DNA of 16,186 bases from the NCBI GenBank assembly GCA_963765675.1, contig CAVXXK010000002.1, positions 1-16,186 on the forward strand, written 5' to 3'. This document shows positions 16,181 through 16,186 of this stretch, in pieces. A program made the position numbers and the translations under genes. Each line of letters opens with the position of its first letter. The first letter of the stretch is position 1. The stretch comes from an uncultured delta proteobacterium. GTDB taxonomy: Bacteria; Desulfobacterota; Binatia; Binatales; Binataceae. The notes below the pieces were generated by a model, which made no database searches, was not told the origin of the DNA, and saw only the letters and a list, made by a program, of their open reading frames with translations.

Positions 16181-16186
16181 GCCTAG

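Larger units (their letters stand above)
4791..16186. mobile_element. Phage-satellite-like integrative element at tRNA-Ser(TGA); right end probably just beyond the window
   Basis: Integrase next to the tRNA, HTH regulators, DUF3987-like replication gene and TerS/TerL. CTTCCAC repeat pairs with 11-bp spacing occur at both ends. Confidence 0.8.

Noticed and set aside
16101-16186. CRISPR array
   Set aside because: Units are only about 10 bp with no unique 30-40 bp spacers and no cas genes.

Overview
The window has two parts. Left (1-4790) is a tRNA-integration hotspot. It holds four minus-strand tRNA 3' fragments: Lys-CTT and three different Leu-TAA, one of which still carries the 3' part of a group I intron. 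It also holds an apparently complete tRNA-Ser(TGA) and, between two Leu scars, a 1005-aa tandem-AAA+ ATPase (SpoVK/CbbX/EccA type). Right (~4791 to the window end) is an ~11.4 kb phage-satellite-like integrative element abutting the 5' end of tRNA-Ser. It encodes a tyrosine integrase, an Xre regulator, an iteron-like region, a winged-helix protein, three excisionase-type HTH proteins, a DUF3987/YfjI-like replication protein, several hypothetical proteins, and small and large terminase, but no recognisable portal, capsid or tail genes. Two tandem RRM RNA-binding protein genes follow the terminase. A matching arm-type repeat pair at 4846 and 16077 suggests the far att site lies just past the window. 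About ten single-base frameshifts, several in homopolymers, split genes between 7.6 and 14.6 kb; these could be sequencing errors or decay. All family calls come from motif recognition by eye, not database searches.
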